From Chrysiogenia bacterium (GTDB lineage Bacteria > Acidobacteriota > Aminicenantia > UBA2199): a stretch of DNA of 64,000 nucleotides. How positions within the stretch are numbered: position 1 is the stretch's first letter; every line of letters begins with the position of its first letter. Shown here in pieces: positions 42,459 to 51,467 of the stretch. Under the pieces are notes generated by a model, which saw only the letters and a program-made list of their open reading frames with translations, was not told where the DNA came from and ran no database searches. The stretch is from positions 315,419 through 379,418 of the forward strand of contig JBDRQC010000004.1 of assembly GCA_043826505.1 (NCBI GenBank). The letters are read 5' to 3'. The position numbers and the translations under genes are program-made.

Positions 42459-43175
42459 ATGAAAACATCGCAGCCACAGATTCTGGAAAACCAAAACACC
42501 GCCGCCTTGCTTCAACTCGAATGCAGCGCTGTCATTCCAGGTCCGCATGCCTGTCAGGGATCGAAAAAAATTTCCCTGCCGCTCCACCATGTGGATATCC
42601 GCTCCCGGCCCCGTTTTGAGGATGACATGAATCTAGTGCTGGGCTGGATGGCAGTAGAAAATCAAAATAGCATCGATAGAGGATACGGGGTGTTATTCAA
42701 GGAGCTGGGACCTGATGAGATACGCCTCGGCACGGAACAGCAGCTGTTGATCTTTTTTTATCTGTATCGCCGACTTTTGGGTTTTGTCCGGGTGATCGAA
42801 TTGGCCGAGAACCATTGGGAGATCGGCTCGGCCATTTCTGCCCCGGATTTCAGGCGATATTATTCTGGATTCAACAAGCTCTTCAATGCCAGTTCACTGC
42901 TGAGGATTTCCGCGAATACCGCCAGAGAAAACAAAGCGGCTGCCTGCGTCATGATTGTTACCTACAATGAAGGGGTCGCCCGCTCGGTCAGGAACCTGCT
43001 GCGGTCTCCCGCGGACCGGTTTTTCATTTTGAATAACCGCCGGTTCGATTTTTCCATGATCAAAGAACTGGTTCCGGAAAAAGAGGGAAAACTGATCGAA
43101 ATCTATGACCTGGGGGATAAACTGCTGGCAAGAGAAATGCTTTTTCTCTTTGATGTTTCGGCCTGCCTTGTATAG
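42459..43175 (+). CDS. Hypothetical protein with GNAT-like segment
   Basis: LLGFVRVIELAENHWEIGSAISAPDFRR resembles GNAT beta3-beta4/motif A. Confidence 0.5.
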   Translation: MKTSQPQILENQNTAALLQLECSAVIPGPHACQGSKKISLPLHHVDIRSRPRFEDDMNLVLGWMAVENQNSIDRGYGVLFKELGPDEIRLGTEQQLLIFFYLYRRLLGFVRVIELAENHWEIGSAISAPDFRRYYSGFNKLFNASSLLRISANTARENKAAACVMIVTYNEGVARSVRNLLRSPADRFFILNNRRFDFSMIKELVPEKEGKLIEIYDLGDKLLAREMLFLFDVSACLV

Positions 43176-43344
43176 CTTAAAATAACCATTGACAATTTTA
43201 GAATTTAAACCCTCCCCGGATGGTCTTTTGACACATGACAGCATTTTCTTTTAATATGTATTTTATGACTAAAATTGATTTTACTGTCAATTGTTAGTAT
43301 TTTGAGGTTCTTTTGAGATTACGTTTGGTTTAGGAGGTAAAAAC

Positions 43345-43776
43345 ATGGACAGCAAGTCCGGGAAGCAGATGGCCAAGATGGTGGACGCGGTTCAGCCTCA
43401 CTGCGACGAACCGATCGTTGCGGCGATGACATGCAGCCACGAGGGATCGATGAGCTCGACATTGATTTCCAAGTTTTTGGGTGGAGCCGGAGCAGGCGGG
43501 AAATCCTGCCAGCTCCCCAACCCGGTCTTCATCGCTGTCGGGGCCAACACCATTTACGCTTTCGATTATAGACCCCGGGGCTTCAGGTTCAAGATCAAGA
43601 AAGAAGTCGCTCGCTGGCCCAGGAATGAGATAACGGTTGCAGCCCAGGAGACAGGCATGATGTGCCACTTCACCATGACGACGAGCGCGGGAGAGAGCTT
43701 CGCCCTGGAAGTGCCAACGGTAATGGGCGGACAAGAACTGGTTCAGCTGTTCCTTGCCGCCATGGGAGCATCGTGA
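43345..43776 (+). CDS. Hypothetical protein (possible bacterial PH-like fold)
   Basis: AGGAGGT SD; beta-rich pattern FIAVG..TIYAF...VARWPR.EI. Confidence 0.65.
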   Translation: MDSKSGKQMAKMVDAVQPHCDEPIVAAMTCSHEGSMSSTLISKFLGGAGAGGKSCQLPNPVFIAVGANTIYAFDYRPRGFRFKIKKEVARWPRNEITVAAQETGMMCHFTMTTSAGESFALEVPTVMGGQELVQLFLAAMGAS

Positions 43777-43852
43777 GGGCAACCATATCCTCTAAACCAT
43801 GTAAGTTGTTAGTGTAACCGATAAAAATCGCATTTCAGGTTTTTATCGAAGC

Positions 43853-44818
43853 TCACTCCGAAACTGTTAGCGGTCCCGTATTTGCTTTGGAAGTTGACTG
43901 AGTACCGGCTGCCGCAGCCGCGATCCTCCCCCCGGAAAAGCTGTCCATCGGGTAGATAATAATTGTCGAGCTCTCTTCTTTTGAAATTTCCAGCAATGCC
44001 TGGATCTGCCTGAGTTCCATTGTTCCCGGTTGTGTGGAAAGGGTTTGGGCAGCCTCGGCCAGATTTTGGGCTACGGCCTTCTCTGCTTCTGCCTCGATCA
44101 GTTTTGCCCTGGCGCTCCTTTCCGCCCTGGCAATCACTGCCAGTTCTTCGATAAGTGTCGGCGGAGCACTGATATCGGTTATCCTGACCGCTCTCACGTT
44201 GACTCCAAAATCCTTTGCCGCTTCGTCTATCTCGGCTTTCACACTGATGGCAATATTTTCAGTATCACTAAGCAAAGGTCTCAGGTCATTTTTGCCTATC
44301 GAGCTTTTCAGTGCCTCCATGGAAGCCCACTCGGTGGTCTTCCAATAATCCATGACCCCAATGACCGCCTTCTCGGGATTCTCTATCTCCAATTCCACGG
44401 CCGCGATCACATCAATGGGTATGTTGTCCTTGGTAAGGGTTCGCGTTGCCTTTACTTCATAGGTAGATATCCTGATATCTACTATTCTGGCGATCGAATA
44501 AATAAAGGGCGGGATCAGGAAAAACCCGGGCCCCCTGACACCGACAGATCTTCCCAGACGCAGAAGCACAAGGCGCTCCCACTGCGGGATTATATTGAAC
44601 ATCTTGGCAATTGTATTGGCAAACCAGAGTATTAAAACAGTAAGAATTACCCCGAGTGCGATCTGTCCCGGTTCGGGAGGATTATAACGAGTCGGGTCAA
44701 ACTCACTCACTGGTCCCCTGAATATCGGCCAGACCAGAAAATACCACAATGGCAGGGCAATGCCCCATCTGAAAAAATTTCTTACAAATACTTGTACCGG
44801 ATTGCTTACTAATTTCAT
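43853..44818 (-). CDS. SPFH / stomatin (Band 7) protein
   Basis: QWERLVLLRLGR..GPG, TLTKDN, AERSARAKLIEAEAE, LRQIQAL; extra N-terminal TM. Confidence 0.9.
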   Translation of the reverse strand: MKLVSNPVQVFVRNFFRWGIALPLWYFLVWPIFRGPVSEFDPTRYNPPEPGQIALGVILTVLILWFANTIAKMFNIIPQWERLVLLRLGRSVGVRGPGFFLIPPFIYSIARIVDIRISTYEVKATRTLTKDNIPIDVIAAVELEIENPEKAVIGVMDYWKTTEWASMEALKSSIGKNDLRPLLSDTENIAISVKAEIDEAAKDFGVNVRAVRITDISAPPTLIEELAVIARAERSARAKLIEAEAEKAVAQNLAEAAQTLSTQPGTMELRQIQALLEISKEESSTIIIYPMDSFSGGRIAAAAAGTQSTSKANTGPLTVSE

Positions 44819-44913
44819 TTTTCCTCCATTTTTGACATAAACCATTCTATTGATAAAAAAATTAAATTCAAGCACTGATTCGAGAAACATAATACCATAG
44901 ACATTGGGGTAGC

Positions 44914-45082
44914 GGGGATAAGTCTGAATTGTGAAGTTATGTGCCGGAGATGCTCTGCCAGTGCCTATCCTGACTTCAATATCCGCCCCCGTTCACTGGC
45001 CGATGCGCAGCCTTGTCCGGACGGGCGCAATGCCTATTTTTCTCAAATTCCCTTGCGAACTTCAGAATGCAGACCCGACCCC
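44914..45082. repeat. MITE/REP-like element with 25-bp imperfect terminal inverted repeats (GGGGTC family)
   Basis: GGGGATAAGTCTGAATTGTGAAGTT (44914-44938) vs reverse complement of 45058-45082, GGGGTCGGGTCTGCATTCTGAAGTT (19/25). Confidence 0.65.
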
Positions 45083-45107
45083 GATGGCTCCTTTTAATGG
45101 CTTTGGG

Positions 45108-46211
45108 CTAAAAAATGAAAAAGAGTACTGCTACTGCAAGTAAAACTGCCAGGACAGTGACGATAATTTTAAAAACACTGTACGGACGTTCACCTTGCAC
45201 CTCTCCTGTCTGCCCATTGACCAGGAAGCGGTAGACTTTCTGATTGTAGCGGTAGGAACTTATCCAAACCGGCAAAAGGATATGCTTGAAGGTAACGCTT
45301 TGGTACCGGGAATTCAGGCTCAGGATACGCTGTTCATCCCCAGCAATATCCCGGCGGACACGATTATCGATCTCACGCTTCATCACCACTTTAGCCAGGT
45401 CCAATCCCGACTTTATATCGATCCCGTACGCCTCGCAACGAAATCCGCTTAAAAAGCGATCGTCATAGGCAGTGAGCTGGCTGAGATCCCAGGGATTGAG
45501 ATGTTTTATGATTTTTTCAGGCAAAGAGCGGGTAGCCGGGACCAGCACATCATCAAACAGGACCTCAACGTTGCCGGCGCATGGCGACCAGCTGACTTTT
45601 CTTATCTGGCGTGCCTTGTCGATCGTGCGGCCATTTTCTTTTTTGGCATAGTGCTCGGAGACATAATGATAGGTGCCCTGTAATCCCGTATATTGGTTGA
45701 AGGTTCGGGCATCATAGGTCCAGTACGGCACATACATGCCATCCATGGATTCACAGGCCAGGCGCGACATGAAATCACGCGGGGCAAACCAGAACTTTCT
45801 GATCCACTTTTGAAAAAACTCGCTGCTTTTTTGCTTGTCGATCACGAAAGGTACAAGAGACTTTGGCTTGATAAGGGACTGAGCGCCGCCATTGGCCACC
45901 ACCAGCCGGGTGTCGCAATATGGACAGGCCGCGGCCGTCACTTGATCGGCAAGGGTTGTCCGGGCGCCGCATCCCGGGCACTTGACGGTGCGGATGATGA
46001 GTTGTTCCGATTTTTCGGCTGGCTGAGATATGAATTTTTCGAGATCGATCTCTTCTACTGTTTCCCCGGCCTTTTCAACGAGATTTTCCGCCCCGCAATA
46101 CTGGCATTTCAGCGAGGAGGTGCCGGGATCGAAGTTGACGGTGGCGCCGCATTGCCTGCAGGTCAATTCCTGGTTGACGGCTTCGGTGATTTTCGGTTCA
46201 AATTGCGCCAT
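45108..46211 (-). CDS. Zinc-ribbon membrane protein (YdjG-like; family often mislabelled primosomal protein N')
   Basis: Four CxxC pairs (CRQC, CQYC, CPGC, CPYC), GMYVPYWTYD, HILLPVWI, NGQTGEVQGERP, C-terminal TM. Confidence 0.82.
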   Translation of the reverse strand: MAQFEPKITEAVNQELTCRQCGATVNFDPGTSSLKCQYCGAENLVEKAGETVEEIDLEKFISQPAEKSEQLIIRTVKCPGCGARTTLADQVTAAACPYCDTRLVVANGGAQSLIKPKSLVPFVIDKQKSSEFFQKWIRKFWFAPRDFMSRLACESMDGMYVPYWTYDARTFNQYTGLQGTYHYVSEHYAKKENGRTIDKARQIRKVSWSPCAGNVEVLFDDVLVPATRSLPEKIIKHLNPWDLSQLTAYDDRFLSGFRCEAYGIDIKSGLDLAKVVMKREIDNRVRRDIAGDEQRILSLNSRYQSVTFKHILLPVWISSYRYNQKVYRFLVNGQTGEVQGERPYSVFKIIVTVLAVLLAVAVLFFIF

Positions 46212-46250
46212 TGGTTATCCCCTTTATTTTACCATTTCCACCATCGCTCA

Positions 46251-47774
46251 TTACGGCATGGCGTTCGGCGCTTGCATGTATGGGCGGAGCGGATTGTCGA
46301 AGTCAAAGCCGAAGAGGCGCGGGTTCTCACCGATGACTGCAACGGAGAAGATTTTCAATACGTAGTCCTTGGTCTGTTTTGGAATGCGGTCGGCGAACTT
46401 GGTATAGAAGCGCCAGTAGTTACGGGCGGCGGGGTTCTGCGCCAGCTCATCCTCGGAGATGTCTTCCAGGCCCGGCAGCTCGCGCAGCCTGGAAACGATG
46501 CGATGCTCGCCCCAGTTGTATGAAGCCATGACCAGCAGCCCCGACGCCTGGGCCAGCTCGCTGTATATGTCGCGGAGATAGCGGGCCGCCGCCTTTGTCG
46601 CTTTCTCGAAGTTCTGCCGTTCATCAGAGGGGTCGACCCGTGACGTGTCGTGGCGGACACCGGGATCCAGGCCGTAGCGCCGGGCCGTGGACGGAATGAA
46701 CTGCCACATTCCCTTGGCGCGGCCATAGCGCGTGCGTGGCCCGACGGCAAGCGGGTCGAATCGGCTCTCCTGCAACGCCAGGTAAAAGAACTGCGGCGGC
46801 AGGCCGTGCTTCTGCATCGTCCGCACAATGAAAGGCGTGTAGCCTTTGGCCGTGGCCTCCTGAAAGATCCGCTTAAGGCTGTGACGCGCGGGGAACCAGT
46901 ACATCTTGATCTGCCGCAGCACCGCGGCGACGAAGCCCGCCGGCAATTGGATCTCGCTTTCGTTGAAGATGCGCGTGACCCGGAAGATCGCCCGCTCTTC
47001 CTTGCTGAGCCGATGGTAAATGCCGAGGTCGTCGAGAAAGTCATTGTAGCGGCTGGCCTGTTCCAGCCTGCCTTGCTCCAACCGGGCCAGCTGCTCCTCC
47101 AGCTTTGCACCGCCCTGCTCTTCAATGAGGATACGCAGCCGCGCCATGCGCACGTCCTGTTCCTTCATACTGTAGAAGATCTCCTGGGCGGCGTCACGCA
47201 TTTTTTCCAAATGGATCTCACGCCGGATGGCCAGACTCATCATGGTCAGGGCCACGGCCACGGCCGCCGCAATGAGCCCGCCGTAAAAGCGTTTCTGTTG
47301 CCGGCGCACCATCCCATAGGCGCGACGGATCATCATTGTATGCTTGCCGGACTGGCTGCGCTCGTTCCCTGCCTCCAGGTAATAACGGATATATTCGTTC
47401 AGTTCGCCCGAGGCATCCACGGCACCGGCGCTCCTTTCTATCGTGATCTGGAACTGCGGCCCCACTTTTCCCAGCCGCAGGGCATGGGTCCCGATCAGTT
47501 TCACCAGCTTGATGCGCTTGCTGTCAAGATACGAACCGTTGGTGCTGCCGAGGTCGCGCACCCACCAGGCCTCTTGATCAAAGAAGACCTCAGCGTGCCG
47601 GCGGCTCACGACGTCCTCCTGTTCAACTCGCACCTCACAGCTCTCGTCCCGGCCAATGCAGAACGACTCGCTGAAGCGGCGGTCGATCAGCGTTTGGCCG
47701 GATCTGCCGCCCTTGATATGGATGGATGGCGGCCGCGCCTGCTGCTGCCGCATCGGCCGTGTTGTAGGATCCAT
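46251..47774 (-). CDS. FHA domain - TM - coiled coil - lytic transglycosylase (SLT/MltD-like) fusion
   Basis: FHA: IGR, VSRRHA, DLGSTNG; TM FYGGLIAAAVAVALTMMSLAI; SLT: LALQESRF, AKGMWQFIPSTAR, SYNWGE. Confidence 0.88.
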   Translation of the reverse strand: MDPTTRPMRQQQARPPSIHIKGGRSGQTLIDRRFSESFCIGRDESCEVRVEQEDVVSRRHAEVFFDQEAWWVRDLGSTNGSYLDSKRIKLVKLIGTHALRLGKVGPQFQITIERSAGAVDASGELNEYIRYYLEAGNERSQSGKHTMMIRRAYGMVRRQQKRFYGGLIAAAVAVALTMMSLAIRREIHLEKMRDAAQEIFYSMKEQDVRMARLRILIEEQGGAKLEEQLARLEQGRLEQASRYNDFLDDLGIYHRLSKEERAIFRVTRIFNESEIQLPAGFVAAVLRQIKMYWFPARHSLKRIFQEATAKGYTPFIVRTMQKHGLPPQFFYLALQESRFDPLAVGPRTRYGRAKGMWQFIPSTARRYGLDPGVRHDTSRVDPSDERQNFEKATKAAARYLRDIYSELAQASGLLVMASYNWGEHRIVSRLRELPGLEDISEDELAQNPAARNYWRFYTKFADRIPKQTKDYVLKIFSVAVIGENPRLFGFDFDNPLRPYMQAPNAMP

Positions 47775-47840
47775 AAGGTGATGAAATCCTTAGCGGAGCG
47801 GACTTTTCGTCAGAATTGCCCCTCTATTGCACAATCGCGT

Positions 47841-48344
47841 TCAAGCGGGGGCCGCAGGGTCCTTCATGATCAGGATGTTCTGGTCGGGATTATCGTGCAT
47901 GTACTTGATCTGGACCTTGGTTCCTACTTCGAATTTCAGGCGAATGGCCAGGTCGGAGCTCACGTTGCTCTTGCGCCCCACCCTTTCGTTGCCGCTGCTG
48001 TCGCGGAACTTGAACTCGACAATGGAATAGATCGGCTTGTTGTTGACCAGCATGCCGTAATTCTTGTCGAAGAAGGTGATGGTCGCCTCGGCCGGCACGC
48101 CCATGGCGAATATCTTCTCGGCCAGGGCCTTGTTTTTTTTCCCCTGGACCAGGCTGCGGATGAACAGGATCGCGCCAATGATCATGAAGATCAGGCCCAG
48201 GCCCCCGAAGACGATCATGTTCAAATTCGCTAGATCCACTTGCAGGTTCCCTGAAAGCAGGTCGTTTACGAGACCGACCCCGCCGCCAACCAGAAAAAAG
48301 ATCAAACCGAACAAAAACAGAAAACCACCGATCAACATGCCCAT
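47841..48344 (-). CDS. DUF3592-like membrane protein
   Basis: Two TM helices, then GVPAEATI...VEFKF.D..G...VGTKVQIKY...NP. Confidence 0.7.
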   Translation of the reverse strand: MGMLIGGFLFLFGLIFFLVGGGVGLVNDLLSGNLQVDLANLNMIVFGGLGLIFMIIGAILFIRSLVQGKKNKALAEKIFAMGVPAEATITFFDKNYGMLVNNKPIYSIVEFKFRDSSGNERVGRKSNVSSDLAIRLKFEVGTKVQIKYMHDNPDQNILIMKDPAAPA

Positions 48345-48512
48345 GTTTTTTCTCCTTGCGCTCGACTTCATCCAGAAAGCGCATGCTTTTTTAAAACTTA
48401 ATTTTATACAAACAAGCGGGCATGGTCAACCGTCCCGGTTTTCATTTTTTGGCTGACAGCAGCCTGATCCATTGCCCGGCTATACCCGATCCCGACGGCT
48501 TTCCGCAATCCT

Positions 48513-49331
48513 TCAGTTGACGGTAAAAGGCAACTCCGCTTTGTTGTTGCTTTCGTTGGTCTCGACAAGGGAATGATCGCTGTCACAGACGGCCTTGGCC
48601 AGATAGTTCTGGGCAATGGAGAGTTTTTCAATGCGCTTGATGGTGAAAGGCATACCGGGATTGAGTGCCGGTACATTGAAAATACGCGGGTAAGTTTCTC
48701 CGCCGATGGCAAAGGAAGCTTTTGTTGGAGTCGATGCCACGGTGCCGATATTTTTGATTTCGGCAAAAAAGTAAATCTCCTGATTGATCCTAGGATTCTC
48801 GGGTTTCATATAGATCCTTGCTACCGTAAGATCGGGGCCTTGAATGGAGCAGCTCAACCTTTTGGTGAGCCGGTTATTCGCCTCATTGCTTTCGATGATC
48901 CTGGAATTGTCATCCACTGTGGCGGTGACGGAACTGACTCCGGCCGGCATGGTCGAGAAGCTGTCAGTAACAAACCATACGTGGGAAACAATGCCCCCCG
49001 GTTTTTTCAATTTCCCCAAGGGATCTACCTTGCGCAAATATCTTCCGACCGACGGAATACTTCCGATCGCAACCCGTACGGACGATGCTTTGCTGTCATC
49101 ACCTACCATTCCGTATTTTTCATCCGGGACACCGGCATTTCCCTGGTTCAATATGGTGATCTCTACTTTGCATTCTCCATTGATATGAACCACATTCATT
49201 TTGGTAATTGTCAGATCGGGCAATTTCAGCAATTGCGGGGTGGGAAGCGGTTTTTTTTGGATTTTTTCTCCGAATACATGGAAACTGGCAATCCCCAACA
49301 CCAGTAAAAAAACCAAGCTGTGTTTTTTCAT
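48513..49331 (-). CDS. Secreted protein with two CARDB domains
   Basis: Signal peptide; two repeats PDLT...N.G...D....I/VESNE.NN. Confidence 0.85.
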   Translation of the reverse strand: MKKHSLVFLLVLGIASFHVFGEKIQKKPLPTPQLLKLPDLTITKMNVVHINGECKVEITILNQGNAGVPDEKYGMVGDDSKASSVRVAIGSIPSVGRYLRKVDPLGKLKKPGGIVSHVWFVTDSFSTMPAGVSSVTATVDDNSRIIESNEANNRLTKRLSCSIQGPDLTVARIYMKPENPRINQEIYFFAEIKNIGTVASTPTKASFAIGGETYPRIFNVPALNPGMPFTIKRIEKLSIAQNYLAKAVCDSDHSLVETNESNNKAELPFTVN

Positions 49332-49567
49332 TTTTTCTCTCCTTTGCTTTCTTGTCAATTAAATAAAAGAAAGGCGGTTTTTATCTCAATATTGATTGAA
49401 TTGAATTAAGCTATCTGTGTCTTGTGCCATTTTTTGCATATTGTTCCGGCCTCAATGATTCTGCCCAATAAAACAGGGAGCGGGCGGGAGACGGACCGAT
49501 TTTTTTCAGCAGACAATTTCATTAATCCGCTATTTCGTATACAATGATTCAAACAGGAGGAAATGAA

Positions 49568-50344
49568 ATGCCAGACAAAGGTACGAAGAAAAAATTGACC
49601 CATGTAGAAGGCGGCGAATCGTCGGCCGAGGCCCGGGAGGCCAAGCCCTTCATCGCGACTCCGCAAAGCAAGGCCAAGGCAAAAAAACTGCGCATATTTT
49701 CGATCCTTTCCTGGATCGTGGCCATCGGCCTTGAGGTCGGCGCGATCCTGATGCTCAAAAAAGTGCCGGTCAATACCACCTGGCTCATCGTTCTGATCGC
49801 GGCCGATCTGATCTTCGCCGTTTTCGGCAACCTGCTCTGGAAGAAAGCCAACCGCTTCGATCCCGCCTCGGAAAAGGAGAAGTTCAAGTTCTTCGTCCAG
49901 AACCAGCTGGGCGCGATCATTGCCGTCATCGCTTTCCTGCCCCTGGTCATCCTGATCCTGACAAGCAAGGACCTGAAGGGCAAGCAGAAGGGCCTGGTCG
50001 GCGCCGTCGCCGTCATCGCCCTGCTGATCGCGGGATTCACGGGCATCGACTTCAAGCCGCCGTCCCAGGAACAGTACGCTGCCCAGACTGCCCAGGTCGA
50101 GCAGTTGACCGGGCAGAACCATGTTTATTGGACGAAGTCAGGCACGAAGTATCACCTGTTCGCGGACTGCTACCATATCAATACGAAAAGAACGGATGAG
50201 ATCTTCGAGGGCACCGTGGCCCAAGCCAGGGAACTTAAGAACATCAACGAACTCTGCAACACCTGCGAGCACCGCTGGAAAAAGGAAAAAGCCCTGCCCG
50301 CCGAAACCACGACCCCCGAGGTCGAAGAAGAGCAGACCGAATAA
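49568..50344 (+). CDS. 4-TM membrane protein with C-terminal metal-binding domain
   Basis: KKANRFDPASEK; VYWTKSGTKYH...C...LCNTC; AGGAGG SD. Confidence 0.72.
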   Translation: MPDKGTKKKLTHVEGGESSAEAREAKPFIATPQSKAKAKKLRIFSILSWIVAIGLEVGAILMLKKVPVNTTWLIVLIAADLIFAVFGNLLWKKANRFDPASEKEKFKFFVQNQLGAIIAVIAFLPLVILILTSKDLKGKQKGLVGAVAVIALLIAGFTGIDFKPPSQEQYAAQTAQVEQLTGQNHVYWTKSGTKYHLFADCYHINTKRTDEIFEGTVAQARELKNINELCNTCEHRWKKEKALPAETTTPEVEEEQTE

Positions 50345-50500
50345 TACAGACGTTCCCTGGACCATCAGATCGTTCCCCATACCGCTGAATTAATATATCG
50401 TCGCATAGTCAGCCACCAATTGAACAAGGCCTGGGTGCCCATCACCCAAAATGCGAAGCTGTCAGATCAAATGCAATATAAAAGACCCCGCACTCGGGCC

Positions 50501-50553
50501 CATTCAGCCTTATTCCCCATCCCCCTCAATGTCTATTATTGAGACCTGCCCCC
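50501..50553. repeat. Inverted-repeat element end (GGGGTC/TAGACATT family)
   Basis: AATGTCTATTATTGAGACCTGCCCCC (50528-50553) matches 58391-58416; 50501-50536 is an inverted copy of 44897-44931. Confidence 0.65.
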
Positions 50554-50581
50554 AATAGATTCCCTGAAAAACCGGGTTGGC

Positions 50582-51070
50582 TCAGGCGCTGAACACGCTG
50601 CCGCGCAGGCTGGTGATCTTTTCGATGAAGAGCCTTTTCTCCCCGGCGGGAACGGTAACGACCACCTCCTCGCCGACGGTGCGGTCTTGCAGCGCCCTGC
50701 CCACCGGCGAGCCAAGGGAGATTTTGCCTTCGGAAGGATCGACCTCGATGGGATGGACGATGGTGTACTCGCTGCGGGTGTTGGAGTTGAGCTCGAGCAC
50801 CACCACGACCGAGCCGAAGCCGACGGTCTTTTCGTCGGTATGGGACGAAGCCACATCGTTGTATTGGCTCACCAGGTGGCTCAGCTGGGCGATGCGGGCC
50901 TTGAGGAAAGCCTGCCGTTCGCGGGCGGCGTCGTATTCGGCGTTTTCGCTGAGGTCGCCCTGGGCACGCGCTTCGGCAATGCGTTTGGGCATCTCGACCT
51001 GGTACTCTTCGCGGAGCTTGTCGATCTCCTCCAGGAGCGCTTTCTTCTTCTGTTTGATTGAATCCGTCAT
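50582..51070 (-). CDS. greA: Transcription elongation factor GreA
   Basis: ARAQGDLSENAEYDAARERQ, ISLGSPVGRAL. Confidence 0.93.
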   Translation of the reverse strand: MTDSIKQKKKALLEEIDKLREEYQVEMPKRIAEARAQGDLSENAEYDAARERQAFLKARIAQLSHLVSQYNDVASSHTDEKTVGFGSVVVVLELNSNTRSEYTIVHPIEVDPSEGKISLGSPVGRALQDRTVGEEVVVTVPAGEKRLFIEKITSLRGSVFSA

Positions 51071-51330
51071 CCGTGACCGCCTCCAGGAACCTAAGGTATT
51101 CTGTCACAAGAATATACAACGGATCGGGAATAATTGCAAGCTCCTGCGCCGGTCCGCTGCGCCCTTAAAAACAGATTCTGCTATCTATACCATTTATTAA
51201 AATATTTGAAGCCCACAGTAAACACCGGGCCAGCTATTTACGTAATTGTATGCACCATCGCCAACGGGCGTCCATGAGCTCCCCTTAAACCCCAGCTTTG
51301 ACTTTGCGGAAAGTTGTCAAGAATTCAGGA

Positions 51331-51348
51331 AACGTCCCCGAGTTCCCC
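51331..51348. repeat. Solo GTCCCC-family repeat end
   Basis: AACGTCCCCGAGTTCCCC resembles CATCGTCCCCAAGCTTCCCC at about 56142. Confidence 0.4.
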
Positions 51349-51467
51349 ATGTTTCCGGCCTGGTTGTCACTTTTTACGGACATATTTTGCATATAAACTT
51401 GGAAACTAACTTGCTTAAATATTTTCGGCCTTGGAAATTGGATTTTATCATCGCCAGAGAGGTGACC

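Noticed and set aside
45108-46211. Annotation as primosomal protein N' / helicase
   Set aside because: No Walker or helicase motifs; only zinc ribbons and a C-terminal TM
46650-48233. 527-aa ORF on the + strand
   Set aside because: Antisense to the FHA-SLT and DUF3592 genes, which carry clear motifs
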